Made by a program: the position numbers and the translations under genes. A stretch of DNA of 64,000 bases, taken from contig NC_092671.1 of assembly GCF_964355755.1 (NCBI RefSeq), positions 13,268,001-13,332,000 of the forward strand. Direction: 5' to 3'. The notes beneath the pieces are model-generated. The model worked only from the letters and a program-made list of their open reading frames with translations, was not told the origin of the DNA and ran no database searches. Origin of the DNA: Antedon mediterranea. Lineage: Eukaryota; Animalia; Echinodermata. This document shows, piece after piece, positions 11,926 to 25,700 of the stretch (positions within the stretch are counted from its first letter, which is position 1; the number at the start of each line of letters is the position of its first letter).

Positions 11926-12770
11926 ATTGCAAAAATAATTTTAAAAATTGACATTTAACTGTACCATGTGTATTTTAGTGAGTCGATATTATACACACAA
12001 TGCGAAGTACATTTAATTGTATTCGTTACCTAATTACCACTTTAGTAGTGTAATTTATCAAATCTGTGACCACGGCTCAATACAATATAACGCTATTTTT
12101 TGGTTTGCATCAATAGGAAACATATTAGTTCAACTAAAATACGTATTATCTTGTAATCATCGATTTTTTACCATCCGACATTGGGGAACTAAACGTCCAC
12201 ACACCAATTGCCCTAATAAACATTAATATGCAAATACGGGTTAAGCCAATGGGTAAGAATTTAAAATCAAACTGTTGCACGTTCCTTTTTTCAACTAATA
12301 TTTAGCTGTATGTTCTTAAATACGTTAACAAACGAATTCAATAAATTCAATCCATCAATCAATCTATCAATATTTGGTCTACTAGTGAATCGAGCAATGT
12401 TTGTTAATGGGGCGGCTTTCGTCAGGTCACTTTCTTTAAGAATGAATAGTGCACTATTATGTTGTTCAAGTAGAAATAATTAGTGTTTGTACTTCTCATT
12501 GGATATCAAGATGATTGTGTAAGACCAGGTGACTGAATTGGTAGTCGTGAGAGGAACACTTCTTGAAAGATAGACTTACTTCAACGAACTATAAGGACAT
12601 ACCTGTACACAAATGTTTAACTCACCTATCAGGTAAAACGCGGTTTTCACAAACTTTTAAAATGGGAATGTATCCAGCTTTGCCGTAAAAACACGTGTGT
12701 TTCGACACTATTGACCACAATTTGTGCAATTTTTATGAAAAATACATTTTACTTTTCAATTTTGTTTACT

Positions 12771-12870
12771 ATGGAAGAAACGTTTGGAAATATTAAAAGG
12801 ATATATAAGCATGTTTTATTACTTCTACTAATTTGTAATGTGATTTCTATAATACGTCTCACGAGTGCAG
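12771..12870 (+). CDS. Putative first coding exon of gene B (giant mucin-like), signal peptide MEETFGNIKRIYKHVLLLLLICNVISIIRLTSA
   Basis: ACTATGG start context, basic n-region, hydrophobic h-region and T-S-A cleavage motif. 33 codons + G, then CAG|GTAAAT donor. Phase 1 matches the acceptor at 30358 (G+AG = Glu). Confidence 0.7.
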
Positions 12871-13111
12871 GTAAATCAATTTTCTTTATATTTCTAAACT
12901 TTATGATAACCTTTAACTTTATATTAATATTGTTTTTATTTTATATTTTTATTTTTATTTTTTATATATAAATCCAAAGGCAAATTACTGAAAAAATGAC
13001 AATGCTGTGGGTATCAGTGGCTGGATCTCAATGGAGATACAAAAAAAAGCGAAAAGCTAAATTAAAACGATAAAGTAAACAGCCAGAAAGGTTAGCAGAG
13101 CTTTCGGGCTC

Positions 13112-13137
<26 letters not shown>
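13112..13137. repeat. (TA)n microsatellite
   Basis: Directly visible TA run. Confidence 0.9.
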
Positions 13138-13142
<5 letters not shown>

Positions 13143-14779
13143 GGTTCCATCAATTCAAATGAAGACGTATATATTATTTTGATATTACCGTTACCACTGC
13201 CATTGTATATTTATACCTTTTTAGTGTTATTGACTAAAACCAAAGGGCGTATACGTATTAATTTGGAAAACTATTTTAGAAAAATTGTTTATTGAGCGTG
13301 CCCTGAGGAGTATAAATTTGACTTGTTAAACACATGGCTTTTTGGAGTTCTCATGAATTACTCCCAAAATTGAGTATTGTTACAGTACCGTATTGTATTT
13401 TTAGACAACCTCAACTCATAATGCTAATTGTCATCTTAATTTTCACATCACCATTATTACCGAGGTTTTATCATCTTAAACGCTAATCGTTGTTCGACAT
13501 TGCGCGTCTCACTTGTGTTCGCCACGTTTTTGAACAAGCATGTGTATAGGTCCCCATTTCTTATCTTATATAATCCGGCCGAATATTCAACTTTATTGCG
13601 ATACATATATAATTATACCAAGGAAAACATATTATCCCTGGTATTATTATTGAACATTACAATGTTTCTTCTTTTAATGACAGAATGGCATACCAATAAA
13701 TAAGGAGATAACAAAGGCTGTTTTCACGTCCGTTTCCAGTCCTAAAAGTAATATAGTCACTTTAAATCTGGTAATAGCTAACTGTATGTACATTATTAAG
13801 ATTCATTATCAAGGGTTAAGGGTACTTATAATTAGTGTATGTAAATGATACGGTAGTTTATCATGGATACTAGTACACGATTTAGTCCGAGATGTTGAAG
13901 CAACTATGCCTAAAATATTTCTTCTGTGGCCTTCTCGGTTCAGGCCACGGTCTACCAACAGTCACGGGCTCCTGCTTTTTTGTTTTGTTTTAGGAGTGAG
14001 AAAGTTGGGCGAGTGTAAACTTTACCCACCACTGACAGTGAACAATCATAGATCAAATAACTTATCGCAATCTATACTTCTAGGCCTATATCTCTATTCA
14101 ACGCATTATTTTCCCGTAACTATGGTAGCATAATATACATATGTGGTCTATTATTTTTTCACAGATAAATGCATACTTATAGAATATACGCCAGCATTTT
14201 AATGAGAAAACTAATTCAGTTCTGTGTCGTTTATTTATTTAGAATAACTACAAAATCGAAACGTCAAATAGGAAAGCTGTGTTATACAAAACGTGAAGGA
14301 TTAAAATATTATTCTAAGGTTATAACTATGTTTACTTACATGCACGTGAATGAAGATAAGAACACACATTTATTATTATATATATTAGCGCACAATTTAT
14401 TGTATTATTATTTATGCTAACGTAATCTATTTTTAATCTAGAAAGTCTCAAGACATAGGGTTTACCTAAAATTAAATTAGTCATAAGAAGCAACTTGGGG
14501 TGGACCTAAATAGTAGGAAAGACATTCTTTTTTTGAACGCATGGTGTAAACTTAACAACAACGAGAAAAAAGAAAAACAAATCTATCTTTACTATGACCT
14601 TTTCAAACTTATTGGATAAATGGTTGTTCTGCCTCCGGTTCGTTGCAAATACCTGCTTTATTAACAAATCATCACCAATTAGGCTTCAATGTTGATGCGT
14701 TTTCCTGAATAGATTTAATATAAAAACTCCTAGTTATGGTTTAAACTGTCAAAGCACCATATCTAACTGGAGATTATAT

Positions 14780-15558
14780 AGGTAAATCAGTTATAAAGAA
14801 AGTAAACTCAAGGGTAAAATTTTTATATAGAAATAGAAAGTACTTAACTTTCAGAGATCTTAAGTTACTAGCAAATAGTTTGGTGTTATGCCTTTATGAT
14901 TATGCTTGTAGCGTGTGGTACTCTGGATTAAAAAAAACATTAAAAGTTAAATTGCAAACTGCACAAAATAAGACGGTCAGATGTATTCTTGGTCTTGAAC
15001 CAAGGGATCACATTGGGGCTAATGAATTAAACCAACTGAATTGGCTCCCAGTAGACTTAAGAGTTAAAGAGATAAAACTTTGTCACATGTATCGTATTAT
15101 TAATGGATTAAGCCCTACGTTTATGAATGATGGTATTAGTAGAGCAAATGTAATTCACCAGTACAATACTAGATTTGCAACTCAATCAATTTATAGACCA
15201 TATATAGGTAACCACTCCCAAACAACCTTTGTTAACACGGCAATAACGTCATGGAATCACCTGCCAAAATTGATACAGTGTTCAGAAACCATCAATCAAT
15301 TCAAAAGAAATATCAGGAAACATCTCAAAGAGGTTATGCTTGAAAGATTATAATTTATATTTATATTGTTACTACATGTGTTATTGTTTATTGTAAATGT
15401 TTATTCTTATGGTGTTTTTATCCTTAAGGGCCACAATGGAAATAAGTTTGACCTTTGGTTACTTTTTTGTGTTACGGTACCCTGAATTCATTCTTTGTAT
15501 TTTTTTTTATGTTGTGTTATTTTATGAATTCGAATAAAGAAATGAAATGAAATGAAAT
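14780..15558 (+). mobile_element. 5'-truncated CR1/L2-group LINE 3' fragment
   Basis: Frame KKVNSRVKFLYRNRKYL...DYACSVW...KLQTAQNKTVRCIL...LNWLPV...HQYNTR...WNHLP (ORF 14880-15353). AATAAA plus (GAAAT)n tail at 15533-15558. Confidence 0.88.
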
Positions 15559-17644
15559 CACTTGAAATGGGGTTGTGTAGATAGAATGCAGACATGGATC
15601 ATAATTGTATTATATTATTCATTTAGTCCTGACAAAGATACAGTAACATATTAAAAGACCCATACATCAAAACCAATATTATATAAAATATATAGCAATC
15701 GAGTGGCTTTCCACATTGTTAGACATTATACATTATATGACACATACCTTACTACTGTATATATTGAGGTATTTATTATTAAACACAAAAACAAAGTGTA
15801 CATAACAGAAGGCACCGAAAAGCAGAACAATCCTTATTACATAAGTAGGTATATAGAATTTCTTTAAGATGCTAAATGATTTAAATTAAGGACAGTTAAA
15901 ACAGTGTAATACATGAAGATTGAAGGGGAAATGAATATTGAGCTTGTCTTTACAACAATGATATGACATGTATCATACCACCAAAATTACGAGTGAGAAT
16001 CATAAGGGATTTAATGAAAGACGGTTGTTTTAAGACGGTCTGCATTTTCATTAAATGCCTTATGATAATGATTCTTACATAATATGACTATTCGCATAAG
16101 GCCTACTCCTTCGGATTGCAGAATACCGTATGTTATATAGTTTAACTATTAATACAACACTATTCTTGTTTTCTTCTTTCAGGCCTATTAATAAAATATA
16201 ATTCATTTCATAATGACATTTCATAACATAATCATTTCGTAACATATTCATTTCATTCGAGGGCGCTTAATAATCGGCTGCGACATTATTTATTTTATTA
16301 ACTTAATCAAGTGCATTTATGACCTGTCTGCTGTGTGTCTGGATAACGGTAACCACAATAAAATACTATCTAAATGTACATTCACTCGACAGCGGCTTTT
16401 ATGCGATATTTGCATTAACTTGTTTATATATAATTTTCCCGGCCGGCCGTCCATTGAGTTAAATAATTATATTTTACTTCTCCATCGTACACAATCGTTT
16501 TTATTATTATAATTTTTGTTTTTTTTAAATTAAATTGTTGTAAGTTGTCAATGTATCTAACACTTCAGCAGCAAAATTAGGCCTATTACCGTGTACCACA
16601 ATGTACATGAAAGGAATATAGTCGTTTCACGTTTTGTGATAAGGTATGGTGGTACGCTGACAGATAATCAGTAAAGTGGGAAGTTGCTTGAATATTTAAT
16701 CACGGTGCTGTGCAATCAAATTAAATATTTGTATAGCGTTAATATATCAACCACTTCAAAATGGTTCTCTTTGATCTTTAGGCCTTTTGCAAACACTATG
16801 CTAGCCACACCACTCTCAAATTATTACACCATTTTATGCGTTTAAATAAACCGTTAGATAGCTAGTTATAGGGTAGGCTTACCACATAATATAGCCTAAA
16901 CCAAAGAAATAGAAAGAAAATATAATCGGCATATATCACCAATATTGTTTGCATGTCGTAGATGCACTAATAATACGCCAGTAATGCAACGTACGTGGTA
17001 TACAATGTGTTTCCAAAAAAAATACAGTAAAAGTTGAAACAGCCTTTCTCTACTCAGGAAAACATGGAAACCGAAATAAGAGACACTCTTAACTGAAAAC
17101 AAAAGCGCAAACAATACTTTTTAGCTCAATTATTATTTTTATAATCCCAAAATCGTGTATGTACTAAAATGTTCATTAGTTAGTATCAAACATTATTATA
17201 TTGTTTATTTTAGGAATGTGAGATATATGAAATTACATTAGATAATATTTGATTTTCAACAAAATGCAAGTTTAAAATTGTATTTAAACGATGTTTTATA
17301 ACTAACACAATGGTATGGTATTTTATTTCAGTGACAGTATCGCTTCAGGCAAAATGAGGCACTATACTATTGTTAGACTGTAAAAAAATTTGTCTACCAT
17401 TGGTGACGCCCGCAAAGCAAATTTACAGATCATGTATGCCAGCCGTTTATAATTGAAGTAGAAATCACTTGATGGGTACAGGACAATTACCACACCATGA
17501 CGTCATTGCGTTTATAAGGCATGGCGTGAGAATATCGACCAAACATTGTATGACAATACAATGCTATTCAAAATAATAATAGTTAGTCTCTTTTCGTCTT
17601 TAACATGTTGATTGTGTGGGTTATTTCTTTGGGGGTTTTTATAA

Positions 17645-19400
17645 TCAAGTTTTATTTATTTCAATTAAACTGAATCGTGACAATTTATAAAAATTGGATA
17701 AATAATATAATAAGATTTAACATTAATATTAACATCTCCATTAATCAACAATATACAATTACAATCTAAAATATACATTATATAATAAAATACAATTATT
17801 AAAACAGAAATTTGGAACTGTTTGGTATTGAATAATATTGCCCCGCGAATATGAATTGTAGTAAATTGCATTAGGACCGGTTTTTAAAAATATTTACGAG
17901 GTAGGGGATAGGGCTACGTTTGTATCGTTCTGTTTTGACACTGGGGATCGTATGGTGTTTCTTATCTCTTAAATTGTACTTATGAGTTTCTTCTCTTAGG
18001 GCTGGCAACCATTCTTTAAATTCAGAATTAAGTAAAGAAGTACCAATACATGATTCGGTTCTTCGTTCCTTAAGGGGTTGTAATTTTAAAATCGAACAAG
18101 CTGCTTTATTATTATGAAACATAATTGTGACCTAAGATGATTCGACATGATTGACTCTTTCAATAGCATTGGTATGTTCATCGGTAAGATTTGGGTGCAA
18201 ATTCGGTGTAGCATATTTTACAACAGGTCTAACGTAACTTAAGTAAATCATTAGAAGGTCAGGCTTTGGCAATGAAAAGTTAGTGAGAAGTTTGAGCATA
18301 TGAATTCTACCATTAGCACGTTTAATCATATCTTGAACTTGGAGGTTCCATTTAAGATCAGAACTAATATGTAGGCCTAGAATTTTGACGGAGTCAACCA
18401 CATTGATAATTTCGTTATTAATACTTTAATAATGGATCAATATTAAGTGCTTTTTTCATAAAAGTGACATTCATAGAATTGTTAACGAGTCCACTTCAAT
18501 CTGCATATTGCGTCTATTGATATCGTTTCTAAATGTGGACTCAATCATCGTCATATCATCAACATATTTAAGGGTGGTAATTTTGTTCGATATGTCAACA
18601 TTGTTATTCATGCAAAGGAATCCCAAAGGTCATAATTTAGTTCCTTGTGGGATACCTGCGCGGAGGGTGACAACTTTAGAGTTAACACCTTGGTATGAGA
18701 CGTATTGTGATCTTATACTTGTTAAGAAGTCACATACCATGGCATGATTTCTGGTCTAACACCAAGTAAAAGCATCTTAGGTATTAATACATTGTGATTA
18801 ATTTTATCAAATACTTTGCTATAATCTGTTATTAGTAGCATAGAAATTGAATGGGGCTTTTCAGTATCTACTAGTTTAATGAGGTAGTGCCACGTTGATC
18901 TACCAGGGCGATTAGCAAATGATTGGGGTAGAGTTTTATATAAACATCTCTCATCAACCATTGAACGATAAAACCTTGGGCTACTTTCGCAAAATGGTCA
19001 GTGAGAGATATAGGACGACGCAGGCTTTGTCTTGCATAGGGACGACTTTTTCAGTTGTTCATTGTTGGGGTACTATTCCGTTCTGGTGTTGATTATTTCA
19101 GTTAATGGTTCACTAATTTCATACGCAAACTCTTTAACAATTTTTGCTGGGATATTTCTTGGGCCGCTTGCTTTGTTGGCTTTAGTTCTTCTAAGCGCAT
19201 TGTGTACTTCCCATGGATAAACGATTGGTGCAATGCAGGTAAATAACCTGGAAGTTGTGTCTTGTCAAGAACTGGAATGCCTGCTGCAACTGACGTGAGG
19301 TTGTTATTTATCAGATTAGCAGCAGCTACATAGTTGTTTTCGTCAATATCTGGAGGCATGTTTATTTTAAGACTGGTTTTTCCCACACCTACTAATGGGT
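17645..19400 (-). mobile_element. Degenerate L2/CR1-group LINE (RT region, many frameshifts and stops)
   Basis: Fragments DYSKVFDKINHNVLI, GIPQGTKL, KYVDD (~18550-18570), KILGLHISSDLKWN, SYVRPVVKYA and KTERYKRSPIPY. Confidence 0.85.
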
Positions 19401-20797
19401 ATTGACAAACTGCAAGCCATGGATTCATTGGAGTCAGTGGAGTCAACGGCCCACGTGACCATGTTAATTGCAATTCAAGCGAGTCAGTACGAAGTGTAAC
19501 TGCACTATTGTAAAAAAGTGCTAGGCACCATAAAACATATTAAATAATTTAATACAGTATAATCTAGTATGTTTATATGAAACATCAGAGAGGAGTAATT
19601 ATAAAATAAAATAATTATTTTATGTTATGTTGTTCTAAACATACCCTACTAGTACTACTACTAAAATAAAGTCAAGCCTGCCTGCTTCTCCCTTCTTGTT
19701 GGTCTCGCTTGTAGTTATTTTTTTTTCAAAATGTCCCCCGCCGGCCCACCACACAGCCCAGGCCTAGTCTAGCCCCTAATACAATATAGGGCTTCCTACT
19801 AGATGATATTTTGTTGAAAAAAATACGTTTCACAAGACTTAGATTTAAAATATCTGTAATCTACTGTATTTCGTCCATTGACAGCGTTGATATAGAAGCT
19901 ACTGCTAGGCCTAGAGCGTACTAGGCATACAGCGAAGCCGTCTCTACTCCCCGGCGGGCGGGCTACAGTATACTATATAGGGCCTAGGCTAGCTAGCTAG
20001 GCTTCTCAGACGTTGACCAGGCACCACCTAAAACTAACTGTAAACATCGAAGTCACATTTGGATATTCGAAATTGTTAACATAATTACATTAACGGTAAG
20101 TGATTCATAAATGTTTATGAATTGTACACAAATATTAACGAAAACGAAGGCTTATTATTATTCGAAGGCTTGCTCGCTGTTGGTATTTTTTCCGTTGAAT
20201 TACCGTCGTGGATTGCATGCATGATGCATTGCGTGGATTGCATGTATTATGCGTGCATTGCGTGCCTCGTTGACTCGCACTTTGGCAACACTCCCTACTA
20301 ATTGTTTAATTTCTTTGTGCCATTGTGCTGGATTACTTTTTTATGTTTCTCAATACGCGTATGGTAAAAATCTTTTGTTACAAGCGATACCTCTTTGATA
20401 ATTTAATTTCTTAGTTGTTTCATGTATTTTTTTGGAACTGTAACCTATAGGTATGATACTCCTATTTCCAATGCCTACAAAATACATTGTGAAAATATAT
20501 ATTCAAAAGAAAAAAAGTCAATTCAAGACTTGTTCTTTGGATTCCTTGTGCATTGGATAATGCCAAGTGGTTGTTTGCGCAATTCTAAACGATTACCGTA
20601 GTGTTGATCGTCCTGATGATAACATTGTTAACTGGTCAATTTATCATAGTTGATAAAGGCATTTCTTCAAATTAGTAATGAAAATAAACAAGATAATGTG
20701 TAACTATGTGATAGCTAAAACGTGATTTCAAGGCGTAATCCTGTTTATTCATTATTAACTATAGACATTGTTGTAGATATGCCTAAATAAGTTAAAT

Positions 20798-21148
20798 AAG
20801 GCTAAAGTGGCACATGCAAGCGAAATCAGACATAAGTCGGAATTTTGTTTTAATTTAGATTTTCACAAATACTGACCCTACATAATCCAAGATTTCAAAT
20901 AATGACAAAAAATATCTTGATACCATGTCGCTGCTTCCACTCTAAAGTTTAATAAAAAAAAATAACATGGCGTTTAAGTTACGCCATAACAACAAGGAAC
21001 TCTAAATGTTGTATTTCAATAAAATACCTTCGTTCATTATTGTTCTATATTATGCAAACTTTTTATTAAAAACCAATTGAAACACGTTCATTTTAAGCAT
21101 ATAACATGAATTGTCTGATTTCGCTTGCATTGGATACCACTACGCCTT
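20798..21148. mobile_element. MITE / non-autonomous DNA transposon (~350 bp)
   Basis: Imperfect terminal inverted repeats AAGGCTAAAGTGGCACATGCAAGCGAAATCAGACA and TGTCTGATTTCGCTTGCATTGGATACCACTACGCCTT. TSD not clear. Confidence 0.7.
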
Positions 21149-21801
21149 TTACCTTTATTTATCACCTTTTAGCAAAATGAAATATCAAGTAACCTAACAT
21201 ATAGCATTAACACAAAAATCCCTAACACAAAAATGTTCTCGTTTTAAAAAGGCCAAAAAAGAAACCAATGTAGTTTAATAATTAATATATATTAAGTTTT
21301 ATATCTGATGGGTTTTCACAGAATATTGTAGGCCTACTGTAAATTATTATGTGACCTAATAATTAGTCATAATGGTGGTAATACTAATAGTGAGTTAAAC
21401 AGCTAAGGGCGGTATGTATGTATTGTGAAATATTTGTGATCTGATTCTGATTATGAAAGGATGGCGTTTTACGAAGTAGGAATTTTAACAACCATTTTCC
21501 ATGGTCCAGTAGGAATAAGTTGTTTTCAATAATCGAAATAATCTGGTCTACTAGGCAGACTGAGGTTTAGATAGTGTATCTAAATTGGAGGATGACAACT
21601 CCGCGAACTCGAGTCACCACCTTGTGAAATTAAAAAAAGCATAAAAGAAAAATAATAACAAAATAATAGAAAAAAATTAAATAAGAAATAAATAAAAACA
21701 ATCAAAACTAAACCCAAACCAGCTGTGAATACTGCCACAACACTGAGTAGTTCCGTGATAATCAACATGATGATTGTATGATGTAAAGACTTTGGTCACT
21801 G

Positions 21802-22245
21802 TTTTTAGTCGCGTGGACGCGACTCTATAGTTCACCATGTCGGTCGGTCTGTCGGTCTGTCTGTCGGTCCGGTATCACTATGCGTTTTATCGCTTTTCTG
21901 TACTTTTTGAACTGTTTTGATGTACACACAATTAGTCGCGTGGGTGGACGCGACTCTATAGTTCACTATGTCGGTCGGTCTGTCGGTCGGTCTGTCTGTC
22001 GGTCCGGTATCACTATGCGTTTTATCGCTTTTCTGTACTTTTTGAACTGTTTTGATGTAAAGACAATTAGTCGCGTGGGTGGACGCGACTCAATAGTTCA
22101 CTATGTCGGTCGGTCTGTCGGTCGGTCCGGTATCACTATGCGTTTTATCGCTTTTCTGTACTTTTTGAACTGTTTTGATGTACAGACAATTAGTGGCGTG
22201 GACGCGACTCAATAGTTCACTATGTCGGTCGGTCTGTCGGTCTGT
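21802..22245 (+). repeat. Tandem array (~3.4 units of 123-135 bp) derived from a HINE/DINE-like 5' end
   Basis: Units start TTAGTCGCGTGG at 21805, 21932, 22067 and 22190 (variant). Each has AGTCGCGT..ACGCGACT and a GTCG/GTCT microsatellite. Confidence 0.85.
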
Positions 22246-22469
22246 AGGCCAACATAGCCTAAATAAATACGTGAACGTGATTGGTTGAAATTGCATCACA
22301 TGACTACTGCTGCGAGGATCGTAAATGGTATATTTTCTCGAGTACGATGATATTGACGGAGTAAATTGCGCGTGTCCCGATCATTAAACATATAACATCC
22401 AGTAAATTCTCGAGGATTTTGATATTGACTATGTAATTTGCATGTGGCAACACTCGCGTTTGGCGATAA

Positions 22470-22630
22470 AACTTGGTTCCCACTAGAACGTAACGCAAGG
22501 ACGTAAACGCAACGCAAGCGTTTTAACCAATGACAAGCGAAGTACAAGCGAATAAGCCATCGCTTGTGATTGATCAATTCACTTGCGTTGCGTTACGTCC
22601 TTGTGTTGCGTCGCTAGTGGGAACCACGCT
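22470..22630. mobile_element. PIF/Harbinger-type MITE (161 bp, nearly palindromic)
   Basis: TIRs TGGTTCCCACTAG..CGTAACGCAAGGACGTAA.CGCAACGCAAG and CTTGCGTTGCGTTACGTCCTTGTGTTGCG..CTAGTGGGAACCA. TAA flanks both sides (22467-22469, 22631-22633). Confidence 0.8.
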
Positions 22631-23550
22631 TAAATAAATAAAAATAATCTACTGGGACTCGCGACGATTAGTCCACATCATCACGAGACTACGTTTTACA
22701 CGCCGCGCCACGTAACTTGCTTAAAGCAATAAATCAACTAAACTATTTAAAATAGCTATGCTATAGGAATCATTATTGACAAGGAATTATTCTCGAGAAT
22801 ATATTTCTCTTAGCTCTACGCGCTTCGGGAAATATATTCCCTCGAGCAAAATATCCTTCCTTCGGGGATGACGTATATTTCACCTCTAAGCAGGCAATAT
22901 CTGTATCTATATATAGTCCAGTCAATCTACGATTTGTGGTGGACAAAATTGCAATAAATGATTTTATACACTTATAGTGTAGGCTGGTATGTCGTTTATA
23001 TGAATGTCGTGTATATTTTTTGTTAAAAGCAAACTTTGACTTTATTTCATATCTTGATAATATAAGGAATGAAAAAAAATATGTTGCCATTTTTTCAAAA
23101 GACCTTTAAAGGACCAAATTCAAGATGGCCGCCAACATTCAAATAACCCTATTAAAAATCAGAATATCACCAATAATACAAATTATGAATGTGGAACAAG
23201 TCCGTTTTGATGGTATTACTGTACCCATTATACAATCCTAACTATGTAAAGCGATAATCTGTCGGCCATCTTGGATTTGAAAATGGCCGCCACTAAAAAT
23301 TAAATTCTTTAAATAATTTTTTTTAAATGTGTGCATAAATTGTTGTTTGTACACAATGTTCTAAAATTGTTGTCACTTCTCACAGGATTGTAAACTGTAA
23401 ATATAAGGCTAAAGTTGTCAATGTCCTGTATAACAGATATATAATACCCCACTATGACTATTAAATTAAATAATCGTTCAAAGTTGGAGTTGCAAAAGTA
23501 TGGAACAAATTAACAATTTATATCAAATATTCAACATCAATTACGTCTAA

Positions 23551-24613
23551 CTAGAGGGTTAGACCTCTAGTTCGCTCGCTCCCCTCTAGGAAGTGTAAAC
23601 GAAGGTTCTCGGAAGGATAATGACTCGGGTAAAAATGTTTTAGAAGGACGTTCTCCTTGTACGTTTTCTGTCGGTTACCATTATTGAAAATGCTTGACAT
23701 TCGAAAAACTAAACCTACTCTGTTTCACAGTGTCTTAGATGATTAATAACATTTTAAAGTATAGTGTTTATTGTTTAATAGGGCGGAGGTGGGGAGGCAG
23801 AGTTCATTTGAGGGAGATGCTTATTCGAGGGATTTTTTAGTTTTAATAATATCGTAACATTTATAATCAAATAAAATCCTCTAATAGATATGAAAAGTGG
23901 TAACAAATTATAACAAATGCTTGGTAAATTATAGTTAACAGTGTAATGAATTCTATTATAAATAGGTGGGGGGGGGGGGGGGGGGTGTAGGCGATTATTA
24001 TTCAAAGTGATGTTTTATTGGGAGGCGTTTATTCAAATAAATACCATCATAATACATTATTTCATTTAAACATCTTTTAAAACTAACTTCCGCGACAGTG
24101 TAGGCCGTTTCGGCCCAAGAAGGAAGATGTTTTTAGACTGCTTGCAATATGGGTCCTAATGGGACACAGATAGCCTACAGTTATTCCTGCCAGCTTACTC
24201 AATAAAACTCGGCTATCGGGATTTTATTTTTTAACTACTGTACCTTCACACGCGCGGTCCGATCCGAAAATAAACAAAAAACTAAAATAGCTATAGCCAC
24301 TAACGACCAACTTAACTGAAACCAGGTAGTTGCAAGGTGAACCTGTGAACTCATCGTGAACCTGGAAATTACTTTGACCGCGTACAATTGAAATTGAGTT
24401 GAAAATCTACCGATGAATCAGAAATTTTGTTTTAAAACTCTTTATAATATATTCTTAAGATAGAAATATGGAACAATATCGTAATAGTGAAAACTGTTTT
24501 ACATTTCGCGGTACACCTGAGATAGTTCAGGTAGGTATCCAAGGCAGAAATTTGTTCCAAAGTTTTTCCATTGTGCTCGCCTATGTCAGAATTAACCATA
24601 ATTTATATATAGA
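23551..24613 (-). mobile_element. Non-autonomous Helitron, copy 2 (1063 bp), nested in the inner Academ-like element
   Basis: Reverse-complement match to 10299-11624. On the - strand A|TCTATATATAAA ... CTAG|T. Confidence 0.88.
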
Positions 24614-25329
24614 TTCTAAATTACAGATCTCATTTCTTTTCATGAACCTGAAACTTGACAGGAGACAGGACCACAATATACAACAAGTGCATTTATAACT
24701 TATTGTGAAATCCTGTATAAATATGTTAAATAATAAATGCGTTATTGCTATGTAATTCAATGTCTGAACCTTCAGGGCCATAGTCACCAGTATGGTTGGT
24801 AAGTTTTCAACCTGTCAACTTTTGGCAGAAGCTTGAAGGAAATACAGATACACCTCTGCCTATAAATAACCTTGTAAATGAATGAACTCCTACTTCTCAT
24901 CTTCTACAATCTCAACCAATTTCATTAGATATGTACCCCCTACAGACAGACCAGCATTATACACTGGGTTGATGAGTGCACATGGTTGTGGTATAAAAAC
25001 TCATGTACTAGGAAAAGACAAGAATGCCTGGTGATGACTCTTGCCCAAGATAAGTGGAGGTGGACAGAGATGACATCAAAAAGCAATTAGTATGTCGACC
25101 CGGTGAACTATATGGCTTTTGGACATGTAGCATTGTGAGAATAGTGTTGAGGCAGGTGCTTTTGTTGAAACTGAACTTGTATTACCTATACAACCAGTGA
25201 CACAAATCGGGACACAAATATCTTAAATGGAAAACATCTGTAAAGGACAAAACCACACTAATTCTGCTTTCTCTCTACAACTTGCTTCTACAAATGCAGA
25301 CGGAGAAAGAGATTCTAAGTTAAGTATGT

Positions 25330-25700
25330 ATATGAGAGGACATGTATGTGTGGGACTTGCTGGATTTACACCAATTGATCAGGGTCATTGAGCATGGTAT
25401 CATTGGAATAACACAAATTAATGATTTCATCAGAGCTGGCAAATCTAGTTAACATTTAAAGAGAGATGATATCCCGGTTAATGAAGAATGCTGCAATTCG
25501 CACAAAGGTGTTTGTTGGCCATGGCATGATGAAATTGGACAGAAAATGTTTGAGGCATTGGTAAAAGTCTTGTAGAAGGCAAACTGTCTATATGGGATCC
25601 TAAAAAAAAGACGAATATTGGCAAAAAAATATATATGACGGTGAATACAGGTGACAAACTTATCAAAGTAAAAGAAGACTCCTATAGAGATTATTTGCCG
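25330..25700 (+). pseudogene. Decayed Academ-like transposase fragment
   Basis: Broken frames give GIIGITQ, DEIGQKMFEALVK, EGKLSIWDPKKK and GDKLIKVKED. I recall these as resembling large invertebrate Academ-type transposases; not verified by search. Confidence 0.6.

Noticed and set aside
12585-12640. TATA-like CTATAAG and donor-like CAG|GTAAAA upstream of the gene B ATG
   Set aside because: Such words are frequent in AT-rich DNA and there is no independent support.
19900-20102. GC-richer patch followed by a good donor (CG|GTAAGT at ~20096), a possible alternative first exon
   Set aside because: No supportable ORF or acceptor partner; cannot be called without transcript data.
21880-22215. 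111-aa repetitive ORF (MRFIAFLYFLNCFDV...)
   Set aside because: Chance read-through of the HINE-derived tandem repeat. Unit lengths are not consistently multiples of 3.
10196-24698. Similar short ORFs at 10196-10435 (-) and 24468-24698 (+), suggesting duplicated small genes
   Set aside because: Both fall on the 5' end of the two Helitron copies and diverge at the element boundary.
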